A stretch of DNA of 64,000 bases from Ignavibacteria bacterium (GCA_026415495.1 JAOAGZ010000002.1:4394-68393), one strand, 5' to 3'. Numbered from the stretch's first letter, positions 10,601-19,551 are shown. The notes: generated by a model not told the origin, from the sequence alone. Program-made: numbers and translations.

Positions 10601-11193
10601 AATTATGTGCTGATGAAAATATGATTGTTGGGAATTTCACAACCCCTTCGAATTATTTCCACGCATTGCGTCGCCAGTTGCTACTTACTCATAAATTGCC
10701 AATGATACTAATGACACCAAAATCGATGTTACGTCATTCACTTGCAGTATCAAAAAGAGATGAATTTATCTTTGGTGAGTTTCATCATATTTATGATGAT
10801 GAAACAATAATTGATAAAAGCAAGATTGATAGATTGATTTTGTGCACCGGCAAAATATATTATGAACTTTTTGAAGAAAGAATTAAAAGGAATATCAGCA
10901 ACATTTCAATTATCAGGATTGAGCAACTTTATCCGCTGCATAAAGAATTGCTGCAAAATATCATCGATAGTTACTCTAATGCAAAAGAGATTTTATGGGT
11001 TCAGGAAGAACCACAGAATATGGGTGCATTCCCCTATTTATACCCAATTTTTATTGAGATGATTGATGATATGAAGAATAGATTTCGCTATATCGGACGT
11101 CGTGCTTCTGCTGCAACTGCTACGGGTTCACATAAAAAGCATATTTTGGAACAAGAAAAGATTATTGAAGAAGCAATGAAATTTGAAAAATAA
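7645..11193 (+). CDS. sucA: Fused 2-oxoglutarate dehydrogenase E1 with an N-terminal E2-type acyltransferase catalytic domain (OdhA/Kgd-type multifunctional enzyme)
   Basis: 1182 aa. The OGDH N-terminal motif is present (FVEELYYNYLRDP). Residues ~62-295 are a 2-oxoacid dehydrogenase acyltransferase domain ending in YDHRIIQGAESAEFL (D272/H273 at 8458-8463). The remainder is TPP-dependent E1 (…GMAHRGRLNVL…HGDAAFAGQG…). Confidence 0.9.
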   Translation: MSEINSAFVEELYYNYLRDPHSVSKEWQEYFSQKGIIKPKTSEKPETAPIQATKIQQDAEIEILSSISAKIAENMAKSLEIPTATSVRTIPVKLLDENRQIINKHLLNIKRKKISFTHILAWAIVKALTKFPQMNSHFDLIDGKPAKIRKKHINLGLAIDLERKDGSRLLLVPNIKNAEELTFSEFIEQYDLLIDKARNNKLDLADLEGTTVTLTNPGMIGTTHSSPRLMKGQGLIVATGSIDYPTEFQAVNPAILTDMAISKVVTITSTYDHRIIQGAESAEFLAYISNLLLGKDNFYYQIFYSLDVPFEPLHWQTDIENKKTYPLNIEDKIEKNAHIMLMINAYRVRGHLLASSNPLGRAVYYYPELDPAYYGLTIWDLDRYFHADDSWEKNELTFREIFEILRSTYCGHIGYEFMHIQAPDKKEWIKTKLETKSLKPKISKEEKIQILHKLIDAEFFENYLHTKYIGHKRFSLEGGETLIVLLSQLFEKAAEHHLNSIVIGMAHRGRLNVLVNNVGKKPELIFNEFEGDYAPELDQAAGDVKYHLGNKGKYTGKNGHTLEILLSPNPSHLELVNPVIAGMARAIDNKIQDGTYSKALPINIHGDAAFAGQGIVAETLNLSQLEGYKVGGTIHIVVNNQIGFTTPSDASRSTYYATDIAKMIQSPILHVNGNDPEAVFEAAIFAMEYREAFKSDVIIDLLCYRKYGHNEGDEPTYTQPLLYKKIKSMPPISKIYQNELIREKVINNQDVENYLSSIKLKYEEAYNNRVFFKGQKKFEFFLKEGRTISPYFTAIHDNLLKEITEAITTIPDNFNLNPKLKQFLKKRYEMVFDSDGAIDWAMAEALAFGSLLVEGRDVRFSGQDSRRGTFSQRHAVLYDYYNEDIYIPLNHIRKNQGRMRIFDSPLSEVATLGYEYGYSIIADSDLTVWEAQFGDFANNAQTFFDQYISCGEVKWGQNSNLVVLLPHGYDGQGSEHSSARLERYLQLCADENMIVGNFTTPSNYFHALRRQLLLTHKLPMILMTPKSMLRHSLAVSKRDEFIFGEFHHIYDDETIIDKSKIDRLILCTGKIYYELFEERIKRNISNISIIRIEQLYPLHKELLQNIIDSYSNAKEILWVQEEPQNMGAFPYLYPIFIEMIDDMKNRFRYIGRRASAATATGSHKKHILEQEKIIEEAMKFEK

Positions 11194-11232
11194 GAGAAAT
11201 ATTATCTTATTAATAAAGAAACGGGGATTAAA

Positions 11233-12213
11233 ATGCAAAAAATCAAAATTGGAGTTATTGGAACAGGTCATTTGGGTTCAATTCACACAAAATTGTGGAA
11301 GCATAACCTTGAAGTGGAATTAGTCGGGATATACGATGTAGATAAAGATAAAGCAATAAATATTGCAAATGAGTATTTAATCAAATCATTTGATTCGCTT
11401 GAAGAATTATTTATGAATGTGGATGCTGTAACAATTGCAAGTCCAACCACAACCCATTACGATGTTGCAAAATTAGCAATTGAGAACAATAAGCATTGTT
11501 TTATTGAAAAGCCGATTACTTCGACCTACAAAGAGGCTACAAAATTGATAGAACTGGCTGAAAAAAGTAATGTGCTTATTCAGGTAGGACACGTTGAAAG
11601 GTTTAACCCAGCAATAAAAGCACTGAAAGATACCCGTATCGAACCATTGTTCATTGAAGCACACAGATTAAGTCAGTTCAAGCCCAGAGCTACAGATGTA
11701 TCTGTTATTCACGATTTAATGATTCACGATATAGATTTAATCTTATGGCTGATAAAGTCAGAAATAAAATCGCTTGATGCAACAGGTGTTTCTGTAATTA
11801 CGGAAACAATTGATATTGCGAATGCTCGAATAAAATTTGAAAACGGAGCAGTTGCAAATTTGACTGCGTCGAGACTCTCGGCACATCCAATGCGAAAAAT
11901 GAGAATATTCCAGAAAAATGCATATATTTCAATTGATTTCGGCAATCAAGAAGTTGAACATTTTTACTTGTCAGAAAATATTTCAGATGAGAGTGCAGAA
12001 TATGCCCATTTGCTTGGCTCTATACAAGATGGACTGAAAAACCAGAATATATATTATTCAAAACCATCTGTACCTAAATTAAATGCCATTGAAGAAGAAC
12101 AAAAAGCATTTATTAACGCCATTAAGTATAATGAACCTATTGCTGTTGATGCATATTCAGCTGCAAAAGCACTGAAATTTGCAGAAGAAATATCACGTCA
12201 AATTGAAAATTAA
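11233..12213 (+). CDS. Gfo/Idh/MocA-family NAD(P)-dependent oxidoreductase
   Basis: 326 aa. It has an N-terminal Rossmann motif (KIGVIGTGHLGSIH), the EKP motif (CFIEKP), and a GHVERFNP segment. Confidence 0.85.
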   Translation: MQKIKIGVIGTGHLGSIHTKLWKHNLEVELVGIYDVDKDKAINIANEYLIKSFDSLEELFMNVDAVTIASPTTTHYDVAKLAIENNKHCFIEKPITSTYKEATKLIELAEKSNVLIQVGHVERFNPAIKALKDTRIEPLFIEAHRLSQFKPRATDVSVIHDLMIHDIDLILWLIKSEIKSLDATGVSVITETIDIANARIKFENGAVANLTASRLSAHPMRKMRIFQKNAYISIDFGNQEVEHFYLSENISDESAEYAHLLGSIQDGLKNQNIYYSKPSVPKLNAIEEEQKAFINAIKYNEPIAVDAYSAAKALKFAEEISRQIEN

Positions 12214-12282
12214 AGATAAAGAAAAATATACGGATAATTTTAAATTTAGTATTTTTCTCGCAATCAATATTTTTTGAGTTTT

Positions 12283-12942
12283 ATGAAAAAGTTTGTTCTA
12301 CTTTTATTCTTTGTTTTAGTTGTATCTTGTGATAATCCAGAGAAGAAAGATGCCATTGCAGGAAGTGAAAAATTGGCTAAAAGTTCAGAAAATTACGTTC
12401 AAGGTAGAAAAGTAATTACAGGCGATGATACTTGTCAGATTCATTATAATAATAATTCGGACAATAATATTTCGAATGAAACTGATACAAATCTAATAAA
12501 CAGGCAAAAACTACTTAAAGCAACGCACGAAAACAGTCATACAATAAGTTTACGCAAAGCAATAGATTTGTTTAATTCCAATCAATCGATTAACAAATAT
12601 ATTTCAAAATTTGCATTTGATGGTAGTGGGAATTCAAATATTGGTAAATTAACTTCGAATGACGAACTTTATTCTTTTGCGAGGTTGCATCAGGAAGGCT
12701 ATCTAACTGGCAAATTTATAATGGTAAACTTTGCTGAACATAAAAATGGCACCTTTGATCTGGATGTAATGTTTCAGCATAAACAGGATAAAATTTTTCG
12801 GTTTGTTATGGAATTTGATAAACAGAATAATATATTTGTAATCAAGCAAGTATATTCACCTGCAAAATATGACGAACAGACGGTAAAGTTTTATAGAAAA
12901 CTTTACTCAATATATTTAAATGATGAAGGTTTTGGAGTATAA
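12283..12942 (+). CDS. Hypothetical lipoprotein
   Basis: MKKFVLLLFFVLVVSC is a lipobox-type signal. The ORF is also open from a TTG at 12274. Its stop overlaps the comEC start (TAATG). No family recognised. Confidence 0.6.
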   Translation: MKKFVLLLFFVLVVSCDNPEKKDAIAGSEKLAKSSENYVQGRKVITGDDTCQIHYNNNSDNNISNETDTNLINRQKLLKATHENSHTISLRKAIDLFNSNQSINKYISKFAFDGSGNSNIGKLTSNDELYSFARLHQEGYLTGKFIMVNFAEHKNGTFDLDVMFQHKQDKIFRFVMEFDKQNNIFVIKQVYSPAKYDEQTVKFYRKLYSIYLNDEGFGV

Positions 12943-14843
12943 TGAGGACATTTCTGGAATATAGATATTCAGAAATACCTGTTTTCTTTTCTTTAATTTC
13001 ATTTCTAACCGGTTTTATCACAATAAATGTGTTTTCGAATATTAGTTATTTAGCGTATGTATTAGCAGCAATTTCATTGTTAATAATCATATCAGCTTAC
13101 ATTAGAAAACTATTTTTTTGGTCATTTATTTTCGTATCATTTCTTTTCGGTATAATTTATGCTTTTGCAGTGCCATCAACAAGAATCAGTAATCCTTATC
13201 CAATCGACCTTGAATTTAAAGCATTTTGTGATGGGAAGATAATTTCTATAAAAAATAGCGATGAAAATAAAGTAAATTTTGTTTTCGAAGGCAAAGTGTT
13301 TATCCCAGACTTCAAAAAACCAGTTGAGCAAAGAGTATTTGTCAAGTATTACAATCCATCTATTGAACTATACTCTGGCGATAGAATTAAATTTTCAGGT
13401 AAAATACGTTTGCCAAGGAAAAAAGTATTACCTAACGAATTCGATGAAGAGCAGTACTACGCGGGACAGGATATTCAGTGGATTGCAATTGCAGAAAAAG
13501 TATCAATTGTAAGCAAACCAATGAACCTTTATTATTATAGAGATTTAGTTCGGCAAGGCATAAAGAGTGTTTCGGGAAAATTGTTTGATAATGAACAAAG
13601 CAGTGTTATAAATGCAATACTTCTGGGAGATAAATCATCGATTACTCCTGAAATCAGACAACTCTATGCATATTCCGGAACCGCACATGTGCTTGCTCTA
13701 AGCGGACTTCACATAGGCGTAATTAGTTTTGTAATATACATATTTATTGGAATTTTCAGAAATCACCATATAAAGTTTGTGTGCTTCGTTTTAGTATTGT
13801 TGCTGTATAATTTCATAACTGAATTTCAACCGTCGGCAGTAAGAGCAAGTTTGATGGCAATAATGATATTATACGCAAAATACTATCAAAGGCAATACAC
13901 TTTGCTAAATGTAGCAAGTGCTGTAATATTATTTTCAATTATTTTCTCACCCAATTTAATATATTCAATAAGTTTTCAGATGTCGTCGCTTGCAATATTG
14001 GGTATTTCATTGTTTTTCAAGCCAATAAATAATTTTCTGAAAAATATTTTATCTGATAAAAGCAAAATTTTGATGTATTTAAGAGGAAGCATAGCTATCA
14101 CTTTTTCTGCTTCAGTGGTTCTTTCGCCTCTCGTAGCATATTATTTTAATACATTTTCTTTGATTTCATTTGTTGCAAATTTATTTGTTGTGCCAATATT
14201 TTCATTAGTATTGATTAGCTCGTTGATAGCAATAATAATATCGTTAGTTAGTTTTTCTATTGCGTCATATTATGCATATTTTACAACTTTTCTGCTTTTA
14301 TTAACGAACAAAATCAATCAACTATTAATTTCTATACCATTTTCATATATCTCTGGAGAAACATCGCTTTATTATTCATTATTGCTCTGTTTTGCCATTA
14401 TATATATTTTTTCTTCGACTAGCACAAGACTTACAATTTCGAGAACAATAGTTTGTATTTTAACGATACCTTTATTTATATATTTCTCAAATCCAACGTT
14501 TGATAGCTATACGATTAAGAACAAAAAAATATATCCTCGCAATCAACTTGTAGCATCATTTTTCAGGTATAGCAACGATACTGTGTTTGTATATCTTGCA
14601 GATAGGAAGCCAGCTCAATATCCCAAAAATGATTACTATCTTGTTGATTATTTGAAAAAAATACCAGATGAATTAATTATTGCTGTCAATGGAAATGCTG
14701 GAATTAATACAGCAGATATATTAAAAGAAACGCGAAAATTCAAATATATTGAGCTTGCTCCTTCTGTTCAGAAGGAATTGGAAGCTAAGCTTTTTCCAAA
14801 TACTTTTGTATCTCAAATCATTCAGGTGATTGATGAAGATTAA
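12942..14843 (+). CDS. comEC: ComEC/Rec2-family DNA internalisation channel protein (no metallo-beta-lactamase domain)
   Basis: 633 aa and polytopic. The competence-domain signature YSGTAHVLALSGLHIG is present. The last ~130 residues contain no histidine, so there is no HxHxDH motif. Confidence 0.85.
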   Translation: MRTFLEYRYSEIPVFFSLISFLTGFITINVFSNISYLAYVLAAISLLIIISAYIRKLFFWSFIFVSFLFGIIYAFAVPSTRISNPYPIDLEFKAFCDGKIISIKNSDENKVNFVFEGKVFIPDFKKPVEQRVFVKYYNPSIELYSGDRIKFSGKIRLPRKKVLPNEFDEEQYYAGQDIQWIAIAEKVSIVSKPMNLYYYRDLVRQGIKSVSGKLFDNEQSSVINAILLGDKSSITPEIRQLYAYSGTAHVLALSGLHIGVISFVIYIFIGIFRNHHIKFVCFVLVLLLYNFITEFQPSAVRASLMAIMILYAKYYQRQYTLLNVASAVILFSIIFSPNLIYSISFQMSSLAILGISLFFKPINNFLKNILSDKSKILMYLRGSIAITFSASVVLSPLVAYYFNTFSLISFVANLFVVPIFSLVLISSLIAIIISLVSFSIASYYAYFTTFLLLLTNKINQLLISIPFSYISGETSLYYSLLLCFAIIYIFSSTSTRLTISRTIVCILTIPLFIYFSNPTFDSYTIKNKKIYPRNQLVASFFRYSNDTVFVYLADRKPAQYPKNDYYLVDYLKKIPDELIIAVNGNAGINTADILKETRKFKYIELAPSVQKELEAKLFPNTFVSQIIQVIDED

Positions 14844-15570
14844 AATTCACAAGCCATCTATTTTTCCTAACAATAGAATAATTGCAGGAATTACTGAAAC
14901 TAATTACAATAGATTTTCAGGGGGTTTTTCCATTTTTCCTGCGAAAATTTATTCTAATGAAGAAGTTGAATATTTCAGGAAAATACTGGCAAATAATCTT
15001 GGTTTTAAACGGCAAAATTTAGTTTTTCAGAAGCAGGAACATAGCGACAACATTCAGGTTATCGATAATTCAAATATCGAAGAAATCAATTTATCAGATG
15101 GAATGATAACCAATCTGAAACAAGTAATTTTAAATGTAACGGTTGCTGATTGTGCAGCAGTATTGATTTATGACAAGCAGAAGGAAGTGATTGGTGCATT
15201 TCATTCAGGTTGGCGCGGGACTCAGAAAAACATAGTAGCAAAAGGAATTCAAAAGATGGGTGAACAATATGGATGTTCAGCTAAAGATATGATTGTATGG
15301 ATTTCACCTTCCGCAGGAAAGGAAAATTACGAAGTTGGGCAAGAAGTTGCGGAACTTTTTGCTGATAAATATATTAAACCAATTGAAAACAACAAATTTC
15401 TACTGGATATTAAAGGCACAATCAGAGACCAACTTCTTGAAAGTGGAGTTAATGAAAAAAATATTGAAATATCTGAGATATGTACAATTGAAAGTAGCCG
15501 TTTTCATTCATTTAGAAGAGACAAAGACATTTCAGGAAGAATGTCCGCTTTTATTGGTATGATAGAATAG
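14830..15570 (+). CDS. pgeF: Peptidoglycan editing factor PgeF / YfiH (DUF152 laccase-domain protein)
   Basis: 246 aa. VADCAAVL…AFHSGWRGT…SFRRD are typical YfiH motifs. It overlaps comEC by 14 nt. Confidence 0.85.
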   Translation: MMKIKIHKPSIFPNNRIIAGITETNYNRFSGGFSIFPAKIYSNEEVEYFRKILANNLGFKRQNLVFQKQEHSDNIQVIDNSNIEEINLSDGMITNLKQVILNVTVADCAAVLIYDKQKEVIGAFHSGWRGTQKNIVAKGIQKMGEQYGCSAKDMIVWISPSAGKENYEVGQEVAELFADKYIKPIENNKFLLDIKGTIRDQLLESGVNEKNIEISEICTIESSRFHSFRRDKDISGRMSAFIGMIE

Positions 15571-15605
15571 AAAATCTTTGAAATAATATTTGCTGGAAAA
15601 TCGAT

Positions 15606-15633
15606 AAATAGAAAAGGGCGAGTGAACTCGCCC
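15606..15633 (-). terminator. Rho-independent terminator of the TonB-dependent receptor gene
   Basis: On the minus strand, GGGCGAG-TTCA-CTCGCCC is followed by TTTTCTATTT. Confidence 0.6.
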
Positions 15634-15674
15634 TGCATAAAATTAATTCAAGTTAATTATAAGTTACAACGCTA

Positions 15675-18083
15675 TTACATTTGAATTCTAAAGCCAAGAT
15701 AGACATTTCGTTCGGCTGCCGGGAAGAATTCCTTGCCTTCACCGCTTGCAGCATAGAGTTTATTGAAAAGGTTGTAGACGCTTGCACGTAATTCAATTGA
15801 GTTCAGTCCTAAGACCTTGCGAAAAGTGTAAGACAAGTCCAAATTATAAATGTTGTAAGCATCAACTATGTTATCGGTGTAGTAGTCCCAGTCAAGATGT
15901 TTTTTTATTTCTTCGTTAGTTTTAAGCATATCATCAAAATTATCAGTTCTGAATTCACCAACATATTTGCTCAAAAGCGATAAGTAGAAATCACCTATCT
16001 GATAAGTGAAACGCAAGTTTCCTAAAACATCCGGAAAGCCAGCTATGCGATTATCTTTTAGAGATACAACTGTACCTTGGTCAGTTAAGAAATCATACTC
16101 AACAATGTAATTTTTACTTAATGTTAAATTGCCTGAAATATCAAGTCTGCCAAATGATAAATCAAAAACATTTGCTGATGATTGCAATTCAATACCAAAG
16201 TGCCGAGTGCGGGGAGCATTGCCATCAATTGGGTTGCCGAAAATGTCTAATTTGCCACTTTTAACAAATTCGTTGTAATGCTCCATCCAGTAAGCATTGA
16301 TGTTGAAGAAGTATTTTTCTGTTCTGAAATTGTAACCAAGTTCAAAATTCAGCATAGACTCCGGTTTAATAATAGGTTGAGAGAAATCGTATCTAACTGA
16401 GCCATCTGGCATTTTTTCGCCTTTAAACAGAGGCTTTTTACCAGTATAACTGCTACTTGCGTCGTAAAGATTTTTCATTCTTGGTTCACGAGAAGTGTAA
16501 GCAACAAAAGAATATATATTTGATTTATCATCTAAATTATAATTGATACCGAGACGAGGATTAACAAAGAAATAATGGATATTAAATAAATCGCCTCCAT
16601 TGCCAACAGTGTCTCCATCTATGTTTATGTATTTAGTATAGTTAATTCCGGCTTTTTCGTTAGTAATTCTATATGAATGAAGCACTGTTTGTATTTCGCC
16701 AGTAAGAATTAAATTATCAGATAAATTGTGTTCTTCTCTTGCAAAAAATGAGAAAATATCCCGCTCTCCATTATATGAATAGAACTTGTAGTCAGGGTTG
16801 AAATTTGCTGGCAAATTATCAGCATATCTAATTTTTCCCCAGTGCTCGGAGCGATGAATACGAAGTTCTCCGCCAAGTGTAAGCGTGCCGTTGTCGTGTT
16901 GCAGTTGCAAGCGAGGTATCCATCCGCCTTGTCTATTATAGACAAATGCTCTGATAATAGGATTTTCCGGATCTTTGACATCTGCTGGGAAACCGTTTTC
17001 AGGTGTTAGTCTGAAATTATTCTTGTCCATCCATCCAGTTCCATCAAAATCATAGAAACCTTTCCCAGAATAGAAGAATAATGTAGATTTAAGAGTTACA
17101 TTGTCAGTAATTTTCCAATCGTTGAGCATTTCATAATGTGGCTGCGAGAAATTTTCAATTTCCTGTTTCCGGCGAACAGTAATCCAAGATACATTTTCGC
17201 CAGTGGAATCATACATCCAAAAATTATAGTTATTGCGGCGTAGATTTTTGTCTTTTATATATGATTTTGGTAGTCCATTATAAGCCAAACCATCAGCGAA
17301 AGGACCACCAAAGATATTGATTTGAGTCGTTAAGTTACCATCGAAGCGGGCAAAACCGAGGAAGTAACCATCAAGCCGAGCCCAAGATACATCACGGTAG
17401 CCGAAAGAATTGATTCGCGAAAGACGCGCATAAACAGCATACTTATCATCAATAATCCCGGATGACGCCTGAATGGAATATTTACTTGTATTTTGTTCAT
17501 AGTTATCACCAAATTGTTGAAAACCGACACCAGTTTCCAATGTTGCACCGGGCTGAACAGTAAAATTAGAAGTTTCAAGGTTGATGCTACCTCCTATTGC
17601 AGGAAAACCAAAGTTGGACAAACCAGCACCACGCTGAACCTGAATATTATCAACGCTTGAAGCAATATCCGGGAAATTAATCCAATACATATTGTGGTCT
17701 TCCGGGTCGTTTTGAGGCACTCCATTAACAAGCACAGCAATTCGTCTTTGATTGAAACCTCGCATAGTTAAATTCGAGTAGCCAACACCACCTCCACTTT
17801 CTGAAAAAGCGAGTATGGAAGGAAGTTCAGAAAGCATCATAGGCAAATCTTTAAGAGTATGCTTTCGTTCAACTTCCGAAACAGTAATCTGAGCAAACGG
17901 GACCGGGCTTCGCCGTTCCTCTGCCCTGTTTGTAGAAATTGTAATACTTGGTGTTTTGAAAGCACGAAGTGAATCACGGCTTTCAGCTAATTCTGCAGAA
18001 GCAAAAGAATAATTCAACGCAATAAGTGCGATTAAAAAATAAAACTTTCCCATCTTGAAAAGCCCTTTGTTAAAGTTAAACAT
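15675..18083 (-). CDS. TonB-dependent outer-membrane receptor, riboswitch-controlled (predicted thiamine or thiamine-precursor uptake)
   Basis: 802 aa with a signal peptide (an alternative start at M11, position 18053, gives MGKFYFLIALIALNYSFASA). It has a plug domain (…NLTMRGFNQRRIAVLVNGVPQND…), a long beta-barrel and a C-terminal aromatic-rich end (…VYLGFRIQM). A TPP riboswitch lies in the 5' leader. Confidence 0.9.
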   Translation of the reverse strand: MFNFNKGLFKMGKFYFLIALIALNYSFASAELAESRDSLRAFKTPSITISTNRAEERRSPVPFAQITVSEVERKHTLKDLPMMLSELPSILAFSESGGGVGYSNLTMRGFNQRRIAVLVNGVPQNDPEDHNMYWINFPDIASSVDNIQVQRGAGLSNFGFPAIGGSINLETSNFTVQPGATLETGVGFQQFGDNYEQNTSKYSIQASSGIIDDKYAVYARLSRINSFGYRDVSWARLDGYFLGFARFDGNLTTQINIFGGPFADGLAYNGLPKSYIKDKNLRRNNYNFWMYDSTGENVSWITVRRKQEIENFSQPHYEMLNDWKITDNVTLKSTLFFYSGKGFYDFDGTGWMDKNNFRLTPENGFPADVKDPENPIIRAFVYNRQGGWIPRLQLQHDNGTLTLGGELRIHRSEHWGKIRYADNLPANFNPDYKFYSYNGERDIFSFFAREEHNLSDNLILTGEIQTVLHSYRITNEKAGINYTKYINIDGDTVGNGGDLFNIHYFFVNPRLGINYNLDDKSNIYSFVAYTSREPRMKNLYDASSSYTGKKPLFKGEKMPDGSVRYDFSQPIIKPESMLNFELGYNFRTEKYFFNINAYWMEHYNEFVKSGKLDIFGNPIDGNAPRTRHFGIELQSSANVFDLSFGRLDISGNLTLSKNYIVEYDFLTDQGTVVSLKDNRIAGFPDVLGNLRFTYQIGDFYLSLLSKYVGEFRTDNFDDMLKTNEEIKKHLDWDYYTDNIVDAYNIYNLDLSYTFRKVLGLNSIELRASVYNLFNKLYAASGEGKEFFPAAERNVYLGFRIQM

Positions 18084-18142
18084 AAGCTTTTCCGATGGAG
18101 AATAAAGTTGAGAGAAACTCGGGGAAGAAGCCTTTGCGGTTT

Positions 18143-18225
18143 CCGTTTCCCTACGCCGGTATTATCCGGATCAGGTTCAAGGAGTTTTCTCTCAGCCAAT
18201 ACTATTGTATTAGCACCTCCAACGG
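18143..18225 (-). promoter_or_regulatory. TPP (THI-box) riboswitch aptamer
   Basis: Minus-strand RNA: CCGUU-GGAGGUGCUAAUACAAUAGUAUUGGCUGAGAGAAAACUCC-UUGAACCUGAUCCGGAUAAUACCGGCGUAGGGA-AACGG. P1 is CCGUU/AACGG. The conserved CUGAGA and ACCUGAUC.GGAUAAUACC.GCGUAGGGA boxes are intact. The start codon lies ~60 nt downstream. Confidence 0.85.
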
Positions 18226-18408
18226 AACATAAATGATAAAACGAACAAGCAGTAAAAATATTATTTACTTGAATAAAGAAATTGAAATCAATTAATTTCG
18301 TCATAAGTATTTGAGAAAATAACAAAGTAGTGATTGATTTTTTCTTTAATATGCAAGAAATTATTCATAATTTTGTATACTTTATTTTATAGTAAATTGA
18401 TAAAAAAA

Positions 18409-19551
18409 ATGTCAAATAATAATAATAGTAGCAGGCTAACAGCATTAGATTTCACCCGCTTTTTTGCAATGATTATGATGATGCAGGGACACGTAATTTA
18501 TGAACTTGCAAGCCCCAATACAATTGATTATTCAACTTTTGGTTGGAGTGTTTGGAATTTTATCAGAGGACTTACAGCTCCTACATTTTTATTTATTTCA
18601 GGTGCGGTAAATGTTTTTGCAAACAAGCGCTTGGAGGATGGCTCGTTAGGCAAAGATATTATCTGGAAGAGAATAAAAATTGCCATAATGCTTTTAATCA
18701 TTGGTTACTTGCTTGTTTTCCCTGCTGCAAAAGTGTATGATCTGCAATTTGTAAGCGAAGATTCATGGAGAATATTTTTCAGTGTAAATATTTTGCAACT
18801 ATTTAGTGTATCATTACTATTACTGCTTACTTTGTTTATTGTAACGAAAAATAACAAAAAACTTGGCTATGTATCTTTATTTTTAGCTCTGCTTATTGTT
18901 TTTGCTTCGCCATTTGTGCATAAAGTGCATTGGTTCGACTATCTACCTGAATTTTTTGCTGCATATTTATCTTCTGAACACGGCTCGTTATTCCCCGTAT
19001 TTCCTTTTTCAGCGTATCTACTGTTCGGAGCTTCGTTTGGAGTTTGGTTGCAAAGTATAGATCGTAACCGACGGAATGAATTTTTGATGAAAACTTGTTG
19101 GAAAATCGGAGTGCCCACTATTTTAATTGGTTATCCAATGATGTTACTTTTCAACAAAGTAGATGTTCCATTTGTTGATGTGATGAGAGTATCTCCGGGT
19201 TTCTTTTTCATTCGTATTGGATTGGTGCTGACAATAATCTCAATAATGACGTATATTTACAACCTGACAAAACCTTTAGGTAAATATTATTCGATGTTTG
19301 GAAAGAAAGCAATTTACATTTACGTTATACATTTAATGCTGATATATGGCTCACCTATTTCTGTAGGATTAGCAAAGTATTTCCGTTCGCAACTTACTCT
19401 GGAATATTCGATTTTAGCAGCATTATTTGTAATCTTTGCAACTTTGGGAATTGTGTATCTCTATGAACATACTACTACCAAATACAAATATCCAAAAGTT
19501 GTATTTAGATATGCAGTTGCTGCATACCTTTTTTACTTTTTCTTTATTTAA
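18409..19551 (+). CDS. Polytopic membrane protein, acyltransferase-3/DUF1624 (HGSNAT-like) family
   Basis: About 380 aa and multi-TM. The N-terminal LTALDFTRFFAMIMMMQGH resembles the acyltransferase-3/DUF1624 signature. The ORF is open from a TTG at 18334, but the ATG at 18409 is the more plausible start. Confidence 0.55.
   Translation: MSNNNNSSRLTALDFTRFFAMIMMMQGHVIYELASPNTIDYSTFGWSVWNFIRGLTAPTFLFISGAVNVFANKRLEDGSLGKDIIWKRIKIAIMLLIIGYLLVFPAAKVYDLQFVSEDSWRIFFSVNILQLFSVSLLLLLTLFIVTKNNKKLGYVSLFLALLIVFASPFVHKVHWFDYLPEFFAAYLSSEHGSLFPVFPFSAYLLFGASFGVWLQSIDRNRRNEFLMKTCWKIGVPTILIGYPMMLLFNKVDVPFVDVMRVSPGFFFIRIGLVLTIISIMTYIYNLTKPLGKYYSMFGKKAIYIYVIHLMLIYGSPISVGLAKYFRSQLTLEYSILAALFVIFATLGIVYLYEHTTTKYKYPKVVFRYAVAAYLFYFFFI

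Noticed and set aside
18032-18325. A 97-aa minus-strand ORF covers the region upstream of the TonB receptor gene.
   Set aside because: It is entirely explained by the TPP riboswitch leader. Its reading frame runs through the conserved RNA motifs.
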